Shown in pieces: positions 50,906-60,812 of a DNA stretch of 64,000 nucleotides. Under the pieces are notes generated by a model. The model did not search any database. It had not been told where the DNA came from and was given only the letters and a program-made list of their open reading frames with translations. Source of the DNA: Limisphaerales bacterium. Its GTDB lineage: Bacteria > Verrucomicrobiota > Verrucomicrobiia > Limisphaerales > JAJOIW01. Numbering within the stretch: the stretch's first letter is position 1; every line of letters starts with the position of its first letter. The DNA lies in assembly GCA_965657355.1 (NCBI GenBank), contig CBFHOE010000004.1, positions 143,584 to 207,583 of the forward strand, in the 5' to 3' direction. The position numbers were made by a program, and so were the translations under genes.

Positions 50906-51199
50906 ATGAGTAGTTCACCTGATGAAACCTTGTTGGTTCGTGACTTAACGATCCAAAATCAGAATGGGATGCATGCCAGACCAGCAGCAACCTTCGTGAA
51001 ATTGGCTGCAGAATTTAAAAATTGTGAGATCTTTGTTGAAAAGGATGGTGAAAAAGTAAACGGCAAGAGCATTATGGGGCTGATGATGCTCGCCGCTGGG
51101 CCAGGAAGCATTCTCACCATTGAGATTTCTGGTAGAGATGCGGCCAATGCCATGGACCAAATCGTAGACCTTTTTGACCGTAAATTTGACGAGGATTAG
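50906..51199 (+). CDS. ptsH: HPr family phosphocarrier protein
   Basis: GMHARPA (His15 site) and GKSIMG (Ser46 site). Start at ATG 50906. Confidence 0.92.
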   Translation: MSSSPDETLLVRDLTIQNQNGMHARPAATFVKLAAEFKNCEIFVEKDGEKVNGKSIMGLMMLAAGPGSILTIEISGRDAANAMDQIVDLFDRKFDED

Positions 51200-51228
51200 G
51201 CAGGTTCGTCTTCATTCCAAATTACTAT

Positions 51229-52077
51229 TTGATGCCAGAGGAAAAACTTAAGTTATTCTCTGATTTCTATCATGGGTTCTACGGGGTTGAATGGTCCAAG
51301 CTATTCGATTCTCTGGGTTCTGATTGCGGTAAAATTGGAAGGCCTAATCTTTGGGCCAAGCCAATGCCAGTTTCCTGTAAAATTTTTAGTCATCAAGATC
51401 CTGAACCTCCTCCATTATCCTCTAATTCAATACTAGATTTTTATAATATGGACAGGGCTTCAGCGGTAGTTCCATATTTCATGGAAATTTCCTCTGGCCA
51501 AAATGTTTTAGACATGTGCGCCGCCCCTGGAGGTAAAAGCCTCATAATCTGGGAGTTAATGAATGCTTCGGGCAAGCTTGTTCTTAATGACATTTCCCAA
51601 TCCAGAAGATTCAAACTGAAGAATATTATAAATTCTTATATTCCCAAACAACTTCAGCATGGCATACAAATCTCAGGTATGGACGCCAATAAATTTGGCC
51701 TTAGATATCCAAATACGTTTGACCGAGTTTTACTTGACGCCCCATGCAGCTCCGAATCACATGTTGTTCGATCAGCAAAAGCACTATCAAACTGGACACC
51801 ATCTAAAACACGACAGCTTTCTGCTCGGCAATTTTCTTTAATTTGTAGTGCCTTGAGTTCTCTTAAAAAAGGCGGTCTTCTTTGTTATTCCACCTGCAGC
51901 ATTTCTCCGCACGAAAATGATGAGGTCATAAAGAAAATTATGAAGCGCAAAAAGCACCCGTGCGAATTCGTTCAAATCAAAACGACCCTCGGTACGCAAA
52001 CGGAAATGGGCAGGTTATTTCTCCCTAACAGACACAAAATGGGACCAATCTTTTTTTCTCTGCTTAGAAAACTATGA
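51229..52077 (+). CDS. RsmB/NOP2/NSUN family RNA m5C methyltransferase (short form)
   Basis: LDMCAAPGGKS, LDAPCS and YSTCS motifs. Confidence 0.9.
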   Translation: MMPEEKLKLFSDFYHGFYGVEWSKLFDSLGSDCGKIGRPNLWAKPMPVSCKIFSHQDPEPPPLSSNSILDFYNMDRASAVVPYFMEISSGQNVLDMCAAPGGKSLIIWELMNASGKLVLNDISQSRRFKLKNIINSYIPKQLQHGIQISGMDANKFGLRYPNTFDRVLLDAPCSSESHVVRSAKALSNWTPSKTRQLSARQFSLICSALSSLKKGGLLCYSTCSISPHENDEVIKKIMKRKKHPCEFVQIKTTLGTQTEMGRLFLPNRHKMGPIFFSLLRKL

Positions 52078-52095
52078 TCCAGCTTGATGTTTTAA

Positions 52096-53562
52096 TTAAT
52101 CAACGTCTCTGAGTTGGATGGAATCAATAATTTGGTCACCCATTCCCAAAACGTTGGTTATCGCAATGAGATGCTGCCCACTTTTGACCCACATTTTGGA
52201 TTTCAAAGTATTTATGGCTGATCGAATGGTGAGCTCAGGGTCAGTATCAAAATCCATAAAAAAAGGCTCTATTCCCCAGAGAATTTTCATTTTTTTATAA
52301 ACCTGCTTATCGTCGGTGAACCCGAACAATGGAACGCCGTTGGGCCTTAGTGCCGACATCATACGGGCTAAACTTCCGCTCCGGGTAAACACTAGTATGC
52401 CAGTATTCTCAAGCTCTTCAGCTAAGACGACAGCGGAGCGTAACATTTTTTCTTTTGGAGTATTGAGCTTCAGATCATAATTATGCCCCGACCCAATTTC
52501 ATCTTGTATTCTTGCGACAATGCGACGCATGACAGTGACGCATTCTACTGGGTACTTTCCAATTGTTGTTTCACCAGACAACATGACACAGTCAGCCATT
52601 TCTCTCACAGCGTTGGATATGTCAGTAATTTCAGCGCGGGTGGGCATCGGGTTTTCTATCATGGATTCTAGCATATGCGTCGCAATAATGACTGGCTTGC
52701 CTCTGCTCAGGCATTCATTTACGGCTTCCCTTTGAAATACAGCAAGTTCTTCAAATGGCACCTCTATACCTAAATCTCCTCTAGCTACCATAAGTCCATC
52801 ACTGGCCTCGATAATTTCTTGTAGATTGGTGACTCCCATTTGGTCTTCAATTTTAGCAATGATTTCGGCATCACTACCGTTTTCTCTCAAGTATGTTCTT
52901 AATAATTCCAGATCATCTGATTCTCTAACGAAGGAAAGAGCAAAGAAGTCGATGTCTTGAGAAATACCGAATTCAACATCTGCACGATCTTTTTCCGTTA
53001 AAGCTGGGATTTTTACATGGACTCCAGGAAGATTAATATGTCTTCTGGATCCGAGTGGACCCGGAACCTCAACTTGACAATACACGACATGGTTGCTGAG
53101 TTCGACAACACGCATGTGGATTAGGCCACTGTCAACAAGGAGGGTGTCTCCAACCGAAAGGTCATCAGCTATTCCTTTATAGTTGACTCCAACCCGGCGC
53201 CCCCTAGCTACCTTTGGTAAATCTAACTTTAAATTCGGATCGGATGGTTGATAGAAAAATTCTACAATATCTGATTTCTTAAGATGTATCGTTTGTGGAA
53301 GGTCTCTCGTCCTTATTTCAGGACCTTTAACATCCATGAGTATAGAAATATCTTTTCCGGTAATTCTCGCCGCTTCACGGATGTTGTGTATCACCTTTTT
53401 ACACCATTTATGGTCTGCATGAGCCATATTAAGTCGCGCAATATCAACACCTTTTAGCAATAGCTCTTGTAATACTTTAATGTCTTGTGTTGAAGGGCCA
53501 GCAGTAAAGACAATTTTGGTATGCTGCGGCGACCGAGGGGAATCCAGCTTCTGTTGATACAT
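52096..53562 (-). CDS. pyk: Pyruvate kinase
   Basis: ARLNMAH, DVKGPEIR, IIAKIE, MVARGDLG, PTRAE and MLSGET. Confidence 0.96.
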   Translation of the reverse strand: MYQQKLDSPRSPQHTKIVFTAGPSTQDIKVLQELLLKGVDIARLNMAHADHKWCKKVIHNIREAARITGKDISILMDVKGPEIRTRDLPQTIHLKKSDIVEFFYQPSDPNLKLDLPKVARGRRVGVNYKGIADDLSVGDTLLVDSGLIHMRVVELSNHVVYCQVEVPGPLGSRRHINLPGVHVKIPALTEKDRADVEFGISQDIDFFALSFVRESDDLELLRTYLRENGSDAEIIAKIEDQMGVTNLQEIIEASDGLMVARGDLGIEVPFEELAVFQREAVNECLSRGKPVIIATHMLESMIENPMPTRAEITDISNAVREMADCVMLSGETTIGKYPVECVTVMRRIVARIQDEIGSGHNYDLKLNTPKEKMLRSAVVLAEELENTGILVFTRSGSLARMMSALRPNGVPLFGFTDDKQVYKKMKILWGIEPFFMDFDTDPELTIRSAINTLKSKMWVKSGQHLIAITNVLGMGDQIIDSIQLRDVD

Positions 53563-53769
53563 CGTAGGATACGTTAGCTATCAACTACATTCATGAAATT
53601 TAATCAAATAAATTTCCTAGAACATAATATCGTCAGATTGCGAGCATAACAATTTCCATTCTTGAGGCAAGCAAAGACGCCCACCATGGTGGGGATATTT
53701 TATTAGGATTGATATGACTTGGCTTTTCTATGAAGATTTTACTAACTCATGAAGTAGTTAATTGAGTGC

Positions 53770-54792
53770 CTACTCTACGTTAATAATTTTGCCTTGTAAA
53801 ACCGATTTTTCCTCAGCCTCACATATCAAAACAGCATTTAGTCCATCCTCAGGTGTCACTGTCTCTAGCCTTCCACCAGAAGTAATGACGTCGGATATGT
53901 ATTGTAATTCATTGACATAGCCATCGTGTCCTGAAAATGAGACGACGTGCTGTTCGCCCCCTTCTTTGAATAACATCAGGGGCTTCTCTGTTCTGCTGAA
54001 ATCGTAATCTAAAGTAGCTTTTTCAAACTGTATTGTGTACTCCATGTTAAACCCGAATCCAGGAGTCATAGTCCAAGACCCTTCTGCTGAAACGTTGGCC
54101 CCGCATTTAACTGTGTATTGCGTCAAAACGTGGTCAATAGCGCCGCTCAGTTTGCTGTAGCCTTGAGAATATACCTGTGTGGGTTTGCCAAATAGAAATT
54201 GGACAAAATCTGTATCGTGAATATGCAGATCGAATAAGCCGCCACCAGATAACGATCCATTAAAATAGGTGCCCTGGCCCCAGGCTGGTGGTTCTGCAAC
54301 TCTTCTAAAGCGAGCCGCCTTCACCTCTCCGAATTCATGATTCTTGACCAAGTGGTGCGCGTATCTCCATTCCGGCCAAAAACGTAAACACATGGCAGGC
54401 ATCAGCAAGCCGGATGATTCGCTAGCAGCTTTTACTATTTCTCTTGCTGTTTCACTATTTCGGCACAAGGGTTTTTCACAAATAACGTGTTTGCCCTTCT
54501 TCAATGCCTTTATAACCAGATCTTTGTGGGTATGGGTTGGTGAGCATATGTCGACAACGTCAATGTCGGAATCTAAAAATTCATCGAAATCTTGGAAAGC
54601 TGAGATCTTATTCATATCCAGCTGGAGTTCCGATTGACCTCCGATATTTCCGGATACATCCGACAAATTTCCATCAAGCCGTCGGCCTGACGGGTTGCAA
54701 ATGGCGAATAGTTCGGCGCCATTAACTTTGTCGAGCGACCTGATGTGCATGGCTCCCATGAACCCGAGACCAACTAAACCAATTTTCAACAT
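53770..54792 (-). CDS. Gfo/Idh/MocA family oxidoreductase
   Basis: GLGFMG, CEKP and DLHIHD. Confidence 0.92.
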   Translation of the reverse strand: MLKIGLVGLGFMGAMHIRSLDKVNGAELFAICNPSGRRLDGNLSDVSGNIGGQSELQLDMNKISAFQDFDEFLDSDIDVVDICSPTHTHKDLVIKALKKGKHVICEKPLCRNSETAREIVKAASESSGLLMPAMCLRFWPEWRYAHHLVKNHEFGEVKAARFRRVAEPPAWGQGTYFNGSLSGGGLFDLHIHDTDFVQFLFGKPTQVYSQGYSKLSGAIDHVLTQYTVKCGANVSAEGSWTMTPGFGFNMEYTIQFEKATLDYDFSRTEKPLMLFKEGGEQHVVSFSGHDGYVNELQYISDVITSGGRLETVTPEDGLNAVLICEAEEKSVLQGKIINVE

Positions 54793-54828
54793 ATTTTCGA
54801 TAGTATTGTGATACTGTTCCTTTAAAAA

Positions 54829-55674
54829 CTATTCGTCTTCTTCGACGATTCCCGCTATGTAATCTCGGCCGGATATGATATCGACTATTCTTTGATTTCC
54901 GGCTTCGCGCTCAATGAAAAAATCTTTCTTATACTCTATTTCTTCAATGGCTTGGAAAAATGCTTTCCAATCAACCTCACCCGTTCCTGTGGTTACCTCC
55001 TCACCCCATTCTCCATCAACCTTGGTATATGTGCCATCTTTGATGTGGCACTGCATGATGTATTTAGAGAGACCCTTTAATGCTTCAATAGGATTTCCTT
55101 TATTGTAAAGAATCATATTGGCGGGGTCAAAATTAACACCCACGTTTTCTCTCTCCAACAATTCTAGGAATTCCACGAGAGTGATAGCAGTCTCTTGACC
55201 TGTTTCAAAACCAAGTTCCAGACCCAAGTCTCCGTATACATCAGCTAAGATACGAATCCGGTTCTGAAGTTTACCGAAATTCGGATCATTGGAATCATGA
55301 GGAAGGAAGCCCGCGTGGAAAGTAACAAGCTGAATCCCTAAATTTTTGGCAATGACAGCATTTTTTTTAAGATTTTCAAGATTTTCATCCCAGTGCTCGT
55401 CTGGCACGACCCCGCCTGTAATTTTTATTGATTCAAGGCTTGAATAATCTTCGCCTTTGGTAACAACCATTCCTGATGCGATTTCGATACCAGCTGCTTT
55501 ACACTTTTCTAAAGTTGATTCCCATTCTGTAGGGTTTTCTCTTATTGGGTCTATGGCAAGTTGGACTTTTCCTAAATTAACCTCCTGGACGCCACGTATT
55601 AATTCCTCGACACTTGCTGGCTGGAGAGACCAGCTGCAGACTCCAAGCCGTTTTGATAACTCAATTTGGTTCAT
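54829..55674 (-). CDS. Sugar phosphate isomerase/epimerase family protein
   Basis: FHAGF, FETGQE, NFDPAN, HIKD and IERE motifs of AP endonuclease 2 barrels. Confidence 0.85.
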   Translation of the reverse strand: MNQIELSKRLGVCSWSLQPASVEELIRGVQEVNLGKVQLAIDPIRENPTEWESTLEKCKAAGIEIASGMVVTKGEDYSSLESIKITGGVVPDEHWDENLENLKKNAVIAKNLGIQLVTFHAGFLPHDSNDPNFGKLQNRIRILADVYGDLGLELGFETGQETAITLVEFLELLERENVGVNFDPANMILYNKGNPIEALKGLSKYIMQCHIKDGTYTKVDGEWGEEVTTGTGEVDWKAFFQAIEEIEYKKDFFIEREAGNQRIVDIISGRDYIAGIVEEDE

Positions 55675-55714
55675 GTCGGCAATATACTCACATCCATAAC
55701 TTTAATTTCGAGAA

Positions 55715-55737
55715 AAAAATAAGGGACAGTCCCTTTC
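55715..55737 (+). repeat. Left inverted repeat with palindromic core aagggac-a-gtccctt
   Basis: Read directly; matches the reverse complement of 57164-57186. Confidence 0.85.
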
Positions 55738-55785
55738 GATGCATTTACTATTGACTGAAGCAGATCAAAGACCGATTTTAGTTTC

Positions 55786-56793
55786 GTGCGTGTTGCTAGA
55801 AGGTGTGTGGTGAGACCTGAAGGTGGGCAGTTTTTTCATGTGATGAGCAGAGTTGTTGAAAAACGTCATATTTTCGGGGTTAAAGAGAAAGATTTATTCT
55901 TAAATATTATGAAACAGCTCGAGTGTTTCTCTGGTGTAGAAGTGATGACTTATTGCATAATGGGAAACCATTTTCATATTATCGTTTTTATTCCGGATCG
56001 AAATTCTTTCGTCAATATGGATGCCGCTGAAGTTTTTAGAAGAATCTCACATATTTATCCCAGAAAAAAAGTTGAATCTGAAAAACGTAGATATGAATGT
56101 TTTTTGGAAAATGGATTTCAAAAGCAAGCTGAAAACCAACTTAATAATTATATTAAGCGAATGTGCTGCCTAACTTCATTTTTAAAAGACCTTAAACAAA
56201 GGTTTACTCAAAAATATAATTCTTTTAATGGTAGGAAAGGAAATTTATGGGAAGAGAGATTTAAGTCAGTATTGATTGGTGCAGAGTTTAAAATACTTCA
56301 AAGATTTATGAAATATGTAGATTTAAATCCCGTGCGCGCTGGCATGGTAAAAGATCCTTTTCAATACAAATGGAGTGGTATTGGTGAGTATGCCAGAGGT
56401 GTTAAAAAATCGATGTTAAATTTTAAAGAAATTTCGTGCCGCTTGGGAGGGCCTAGATTGACTTTGAAAGCGTTCGCAAAAAACTATAGGCGACTTATAC
56501 TCATGGATAGCATTGCTAGTCCTACAAAATATGAATTCTTAATGTTTCATTCATCCGGTGATCCTGCAGTTTGTCATTTCAATGAGGAAGATATTAAGAA
56601 ATTTCACCATTCTTTTCAGGGAAGTTTAGTTGTGGGAAGCCAGGCTTTTCTCAATTTGTGTTCTAGGGGCCTGTTGATAAAAGCAGGGATTGGATTTTTT
56701 AAACCTTCGAATGATTATACTCGTTACACAATTTCGGATCACATGCGCTCCGAACAAAATGTTCTCAAGATGCGAAGTTACAGATCTGTTTGA
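55786..56793 (+). CDS. REP-associated tyrosine transposase (RAYT)-like HUH Y1 transposase
   Basis: FHVMSR, YCIMGNHFHII (HUH), LWEERFKS and YVDLNPVRAGMVKDP...YKWS (catalytic Tyr). Confidence 0.88.
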   Translation: MRVARRCVVRPEGGQFFHVMSRVVEKRHIFGVKEKDLFLNIMKQLECFSGVEVMTYCIMGNHFHIIVFIPDRNSFVNMDAAEVFRRISHIYPRKKVESEKRRYECFLENGFQKQAENQLNNYIKRMCCLTSFLKDLKQRFTQKYNSFNGRKGNLWEERFKSVLIGAEFKILQRFMKYVDLNPVRAGMVKDPFQYKWSGIGEYARGVKKSMLNFKEISCRLGGPRLTLKAFAKNYRRLILMDSIASPTKYEFLMFHSSGDPAVCHFNEEDIKKFHHSFQGSLVVGSQAFLNLCSRGLLIKAGIGFFKPSNDYTRYTISDHMRSEQNVLKMRSYRSV

Positions 56794-57163
56794 TTATAGA
56801 AGGTAATTAGTTTGAGAATGAGAATTGCAATGAAAATTAACCATTGCTTAGTGGCAGGGGGGTGAATTAATCGCCATTGAATAATGAATATTTCGTTGAT
56901 GTCTTTTTTTAGTATTGGCACAAACGAATATTGGCCCGGTGAAGTGTAGTGGCAAACGAAATATGTTGTTATTGATGAATGTGGAGAAAAGTTCTTTCAG
57001 GGTTATGAAGCTGGCTGCACCTGCTGTTTGTTTCGGTTTTTTTGTCAAACGACAATTTTCATGCATAATAAAAAATGAAGTTACGGCTTTTTAAAAATTC
57101 ATTCATTATTAAGTATGACTGAAGTAATACTTCAGAATATTTATTTATTCTTTTGGATTTACA

Positions 57164-57186
57164 GAAAGGGACTGTCCCTTATTTTT
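57164..57186 (-). repeat. Right inverted repeat with palindromic core aagggac-t-gtccctt
   Basis: gaaagggactgtcccttattttt on the + strand. Its last two bases overlap the stop codon of the GDPD gene. Confidence 0.85.
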
Positions 57187-58030
57187 ATTGAGTCGGGGCA
57201 GGGGGGTATTGGAGTTTTTCGCGGAGAAAACCAGGTCTATCTGTGGTAATGCCCTGGACACCGGCTCTGTTGAGTTTCTTGGCCATATTTGAGTCATTCA
57301 CTGTCCAAACGTAAAAGCCCAAGCCTTGGTTTAAAATTGTTTTTACAAAGTCCTGCGAAAGTGGTCCGCGATAGCTTACGTTCAGGCCTTCTAAGTTTGC
57401 ATTTTTTGCTCGTTTAATTAATTCCTTGGCATCCGGAAAAACTATACCAGCTTCAGGATCTTCCATGAACGCGGATAACCAATAGCAGTTGTTTTTTGGG
57501 AATTGTTTTTTTACCAATGTAATGGTGGAATAACTAAAGGCGATAAAGTTAATCTGTTCAGGGCTCAATTTTGAATTTTCGATTATCTTTACCAGCTCAG
57601 GAATGACGCTGCTGGAGCATTTAATTTCCACAAAAATTTGCTTATCACTTGGTATGTGTTTGAGAATCTCAGAAAGTAATGGAATTTTCGTGCCTTTGTA
57701 TTTTTCCGATTTCCAAGAGCCCGCATCTAAATCTTTTAGATCCTCCCATTTATTGTCTGCTACAACTAACTTTTTTCCTGTTGTTCTTAGAGTGTCTTTA
57801 TCGTGAATAGCTATGATTTTTTTATCGGCTGTCATGTGTATATCTACTTCAACCGCATCGGCATTCTTTTCCCATGCCAATAAAATAGCTGGAATAGTAT
57901 TTTCAGGTGCATCATGTGAGGCTCCCCGGTGCGCAATTATTTTTGGCAGTTCCGCGTGTGATGAGAAAGTAAATGAAATAAAGCAGATAATTAGGCTTGT
58001 TAATAATAAATTCCAAGGTTTTCTTGTCAT
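57185..58030 (-). CDS. Glycerophosphodiester phosphodiesterase, exported
   Basis: IAHRGAS..APENT, EVDIH, IHD, EIK, WTVN and TDRP. Confidence 0.93.
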   Translation of the reverse strand: MTRKPWNLLLTSLIICFISFTFSSHAELPKIIAHRGASHDAPENTIPAILLAWEKNADAVEVDIHMTADKKIIAIHDKDTLRTTGKKLVVADNKWEDLKDLDAGSWKSEKYKGTKIPLLSEILKHIPSDKQIFVEIKCSSSVIPELVKIIENSKLSPEQINFIAFSYSTITLVKKQFPKNNCYWLSAFMEDPEAGIVFPDAKELIKRAKNANLEGLNVSYRGPLSQDFVKTILNQGLGFYVWTVNDSNMAKKLNRAGVQGITTDRPGFLREKLQYPPAPTQ

Positions 58031-58181
58031 ATAAATTTTATGGCCTGGAATTTAAAACAGACATATGTAAATTGGGTTACATTTTAACTACTTAAAAAGT
58101 CCTAGAAGGTCACTATTAATTGGATATTGATCATAAAGGGACATCGAAGGCTTTAGACATTTTTCAAGTGTTTCATTATTT

Positions 58182-59063
58182 TCATTTCCAAATTAACCCC
58201 AAACTTTCAAAGAATTCATACAGTCTTTCGGTCGCTGGATCACCGGATAAACCAAGCTCACGATTAAGCTTCCTATGATTAGTCTCTGCTTTTCCGAATG
58301 CATTTGCCTCAATTCCTGATTGCCTGAGGCGGTTTTTCAAAAGCATGGCTTGAGCGACAGTATCTGGGTTACCTGTAAAATATAAGATCAAGAATGGGGG
58401 AATTCCCTTGTTATTCGAAATGTGAGTCACTGGAGAAAAATTAACGTGTTTTACTGGGTCATTTCCAAATTTTTGTCTGTGTCCGAATGTTGGTTGTTTT
58501 CGGCCATAAATCGCCTGCCGGTGCTCAGCTGTCATAATTATTTTTGTGATGTCATATGTATCGCCATCACTAGGAAAACATCCTTTTATGATATCGATAG
58601 ATAAATTTTCTTTTTTCAAATACTGACTATCAATGCATATTAAAGCTGCTAGCTGAGCACCGGCCGAATGTCCGCCAACAACAATTTGGTTTGAGTCGCC
58701 ACCGTATTTGCTAATGTTTTTGTGGGTCCAGGCGAATGCCGCTGCTACATCGGAAATGATTTCCTCCATTTTGACATTAGGTAACAGCCGATAATTTATC
58801 GAAACAAAAACATAGCCTTTATCAATAAAAGCCTTTGGCTTTAGGTCGACATCTTTTTTATCTCCAGTAACCCATCCTCCTCCGTGTATCCAGAAGATCA
58901 CAGGACTTTTTTGATGTTTGGTAGACATGCTCCAATACACGTCCAATTGTTGAAGGTTGTGACCTTCAACAATATACGGAATATCTGACTCTAGGGTAAT
59001 AGAGAGGCCATTATGATGGTGAAAGTATAAAGCAAAGATAAACAGGAATAATATTTGTTTCAT
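58182..59063 (-). CDS. Alpha/beta hydrolase (HSL/BD-FAE-like carboxylesterase), exported
   Basis: HGGGW, INYRL and the GHSAG nucleophile motif. Confidence 0.88.
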   Translation of the reverse strand: MKQILFLFIFALYFHHHNGLSITLESDIPYIVEGHNLQQLDVYWSMSTKHQKSPVIFWIHGGGWVTGDKKDVDLKPKAFIDKGYVFVSINYRLLPNVKMEEIISDVAAAFAWTHKNISKYGGDSNQIVVGGHSAGAQLAALICIDSQYLKKENLSIDIIKGCFPSDGDTYDITKIIMTAEHRQAIYGRKQPTFGHRQKFGNDPVKHVNFSPVTHISNNKGIPPFLILYFTGNPDTVAQAMLLKNRLRQSGIEANAFGKAETNHRKLNRELGLSGDPATERLYEFFESLGLIWK

Positions 59064-59603
59064 ATCCGGATCTTGATCGCCGCCAAAGCAAGGTAATTTG
59101 TTAAAAAGGTTATTGAGGCATGCGCCCCAAATACAACATTGAAATTATCTTAGATTAAATAATAACTCTAAAGGTTTCAGTAGACGTATTTTGATTAATG
59201 CAGATTTATAGGTTGGTGTAAGTTCTTACTCTCAAAAAACCCCCCTTGAATTTGCCAGTCAAATGGTCTGGCGAATCTTTAAGGCTTGCTTTAATAAGTG
59301 AATCACAGTTTTAACTGGGCTATGAACATAAGGTGTTTAGATTTAATAATAGTGTGACAAAGCCATGATCATATTGCTTATGCTCGTGGATTTATGCGGC
59401 ATTGTAACCTTTACCCGAGCCGAAATTTTAATTGTTTGCTCCATTTTCTGATCTGTAATCATCACATTATTTCATGAAAGTTTAGGATGCTACATATTTT
59501 ACTAAACCATTCCTAACCCACTATCTAGTTCAACCTTTTTTCGATATTGATTTTGTTTTGCCGCCGAGTTTTCAGAAACGCTCTTTTTTTGTATTGCTGA
59601 AGT

Positions 59604-60353
59604 TTAATCTTTTTTGGAAATGTAAACCAAAAATTCTTTATTTCCGGAGGGGCCTAAAATTGGTGATTCTGTTACTTGCTTCCACTCCAAGCCCAATTCA
59701 GATTTTGTAAATTTTTTCAAACTCAAGATGACGTCATCATGAATTTGAGGATCTCTAATGACGCCTTTTCCCTTATCTACGAGAGCTTTTCCAGCTTCAA
59801 ATTGAGGTTTGATAAGTGGGATCATTATTCCGCCAGGCTTTAAAAATAAAACAAGGTTTGGAATTAATACTTTCAATGAAATAAAGGAACAATCTACAAC
59901 GATTAAATCGACAGGTTCAAACTTAGGATCGAGTTGGCGAGCAGTCATGTTCCTTGCATTCAACTTCTCCTTTACAATGACTCTTGGGTCATTTCGAAGT
60001 TTCCAGGCTAGCTGGCCTTTACCAACGTCAACAGAATAAATTTTTTTTACTCCTTTTTGGAGAAGGCAATCCGTAAAACCACCAGTCGAAGCGCCTGCGT
60101 CTATCGCGACAAGACCACCAACGGATATTTCAAAGTAGTCGAGTGCCTTTTCAATCTTATAACCACCTCGGCTCACAAATTTTTCATCTTGGTCTAGAGT
60201 CACTATCGCAGATGATTTTACTATTTCGCTCGACTTACGGTATACGTGGTCTCCGGTACGCACTTTACCAGCCATGACAAGCCTTTGAGCTTTTTCACGA
60301 CTTTCAACCAACCCTATATCAACAAGGTGTTTATCTATACGGCATCCACGCAT
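59604..60353 (-). CDS. tlyA: TlyA family rRNA 2'-O-methyltransferase
   Basis: S4 domain, FVSRGGYK, DAGASTGGFTD, DCSFISL, IKPQFE and GNKEF. Confidence 0.93.
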   Translation of the reverse strand: MRGCRIDKHLVDIGLVESREKAQRLVMAGKVRTGDHVYRKSSEIVKSSAIVTLDQDEKFVSRGGYKIEKALDYFEISVGGLVAIDAGASTGGFTDCLLQKGVKKIYSVDVGKGQLAWKLRNDPRVIVKEKLNARNMTARQLDPKFEPVDLIVVDCSFISLKVLIPNLVLFLKPGGIMIPLIKPQFEAGKALVDKGKGVIRDPQIHDDVILSLKKFTKSELGLEWKQVTESPILGPSGNKEFLVYISKKD

Positions 60354-60812
60354 CCAATAGATAAGTTATCGAAATGAGGCCGAAAATACCATATTAATGA
60401 TTAGAATTTGATTCTGGTTATCATAGTGGTTTAACTAAGAAAGAGTTCCTGGATCAACAGAAGAGGGTAGCTAGCGTAACCCATACATCATGGGCTCACA
60501 TGGTTGAAATATTATCAGATTTTTCTCATTTATTTTTTACGCTTACTCATCACCCTATAGGACAAGGAGTGGTGAATTAGCTGTGGTTAATAAAAATTCC
60601 TCCTTGTTTCATCGGAAACTTTTGGAATACACAGTTATGGCTGGCAATCACAAATTCGATTTTCGTTTTTTGTGTTTAATTCTCGATGAAGTTATCATGG
60701 CGAATTTAGTGGATCGGCGGTTATAGTAATTTTTAAAATACAAATGTTGTGAAAATAAAACTTCAAACCTACCTTTAGTCAAAAGCCTGGCCATCAAAGC
60801 AAAACTATAGAT

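Larger units (their letters stand above)
55715..57186. mobile_element. Putative HUH/Y1 transposase element bounded by 23-bp inverted repeats
   Basis: Left end 55715-55737 (aaaaataagggacagtccctttc) is the exact reverse complement of right end 57164-57186. The two ends enclose a RAYT-like gene. Confidence 0.7.

Noticed and set aside
56848..57066. 72-aa ORF inside the Y1 element
   Set aside because: No recognisable motifs; probably spurious.
58135..58144. Partial copy (aaagggacat) of the element's repeat
   Set aside because: Only a half-site with no palindrome; compatible with chance.
60354..60812. SAM riboswitch upstream of the MetX-like gene
   Set aside because: The conserved SAM-I core elements could not be matched by eye.
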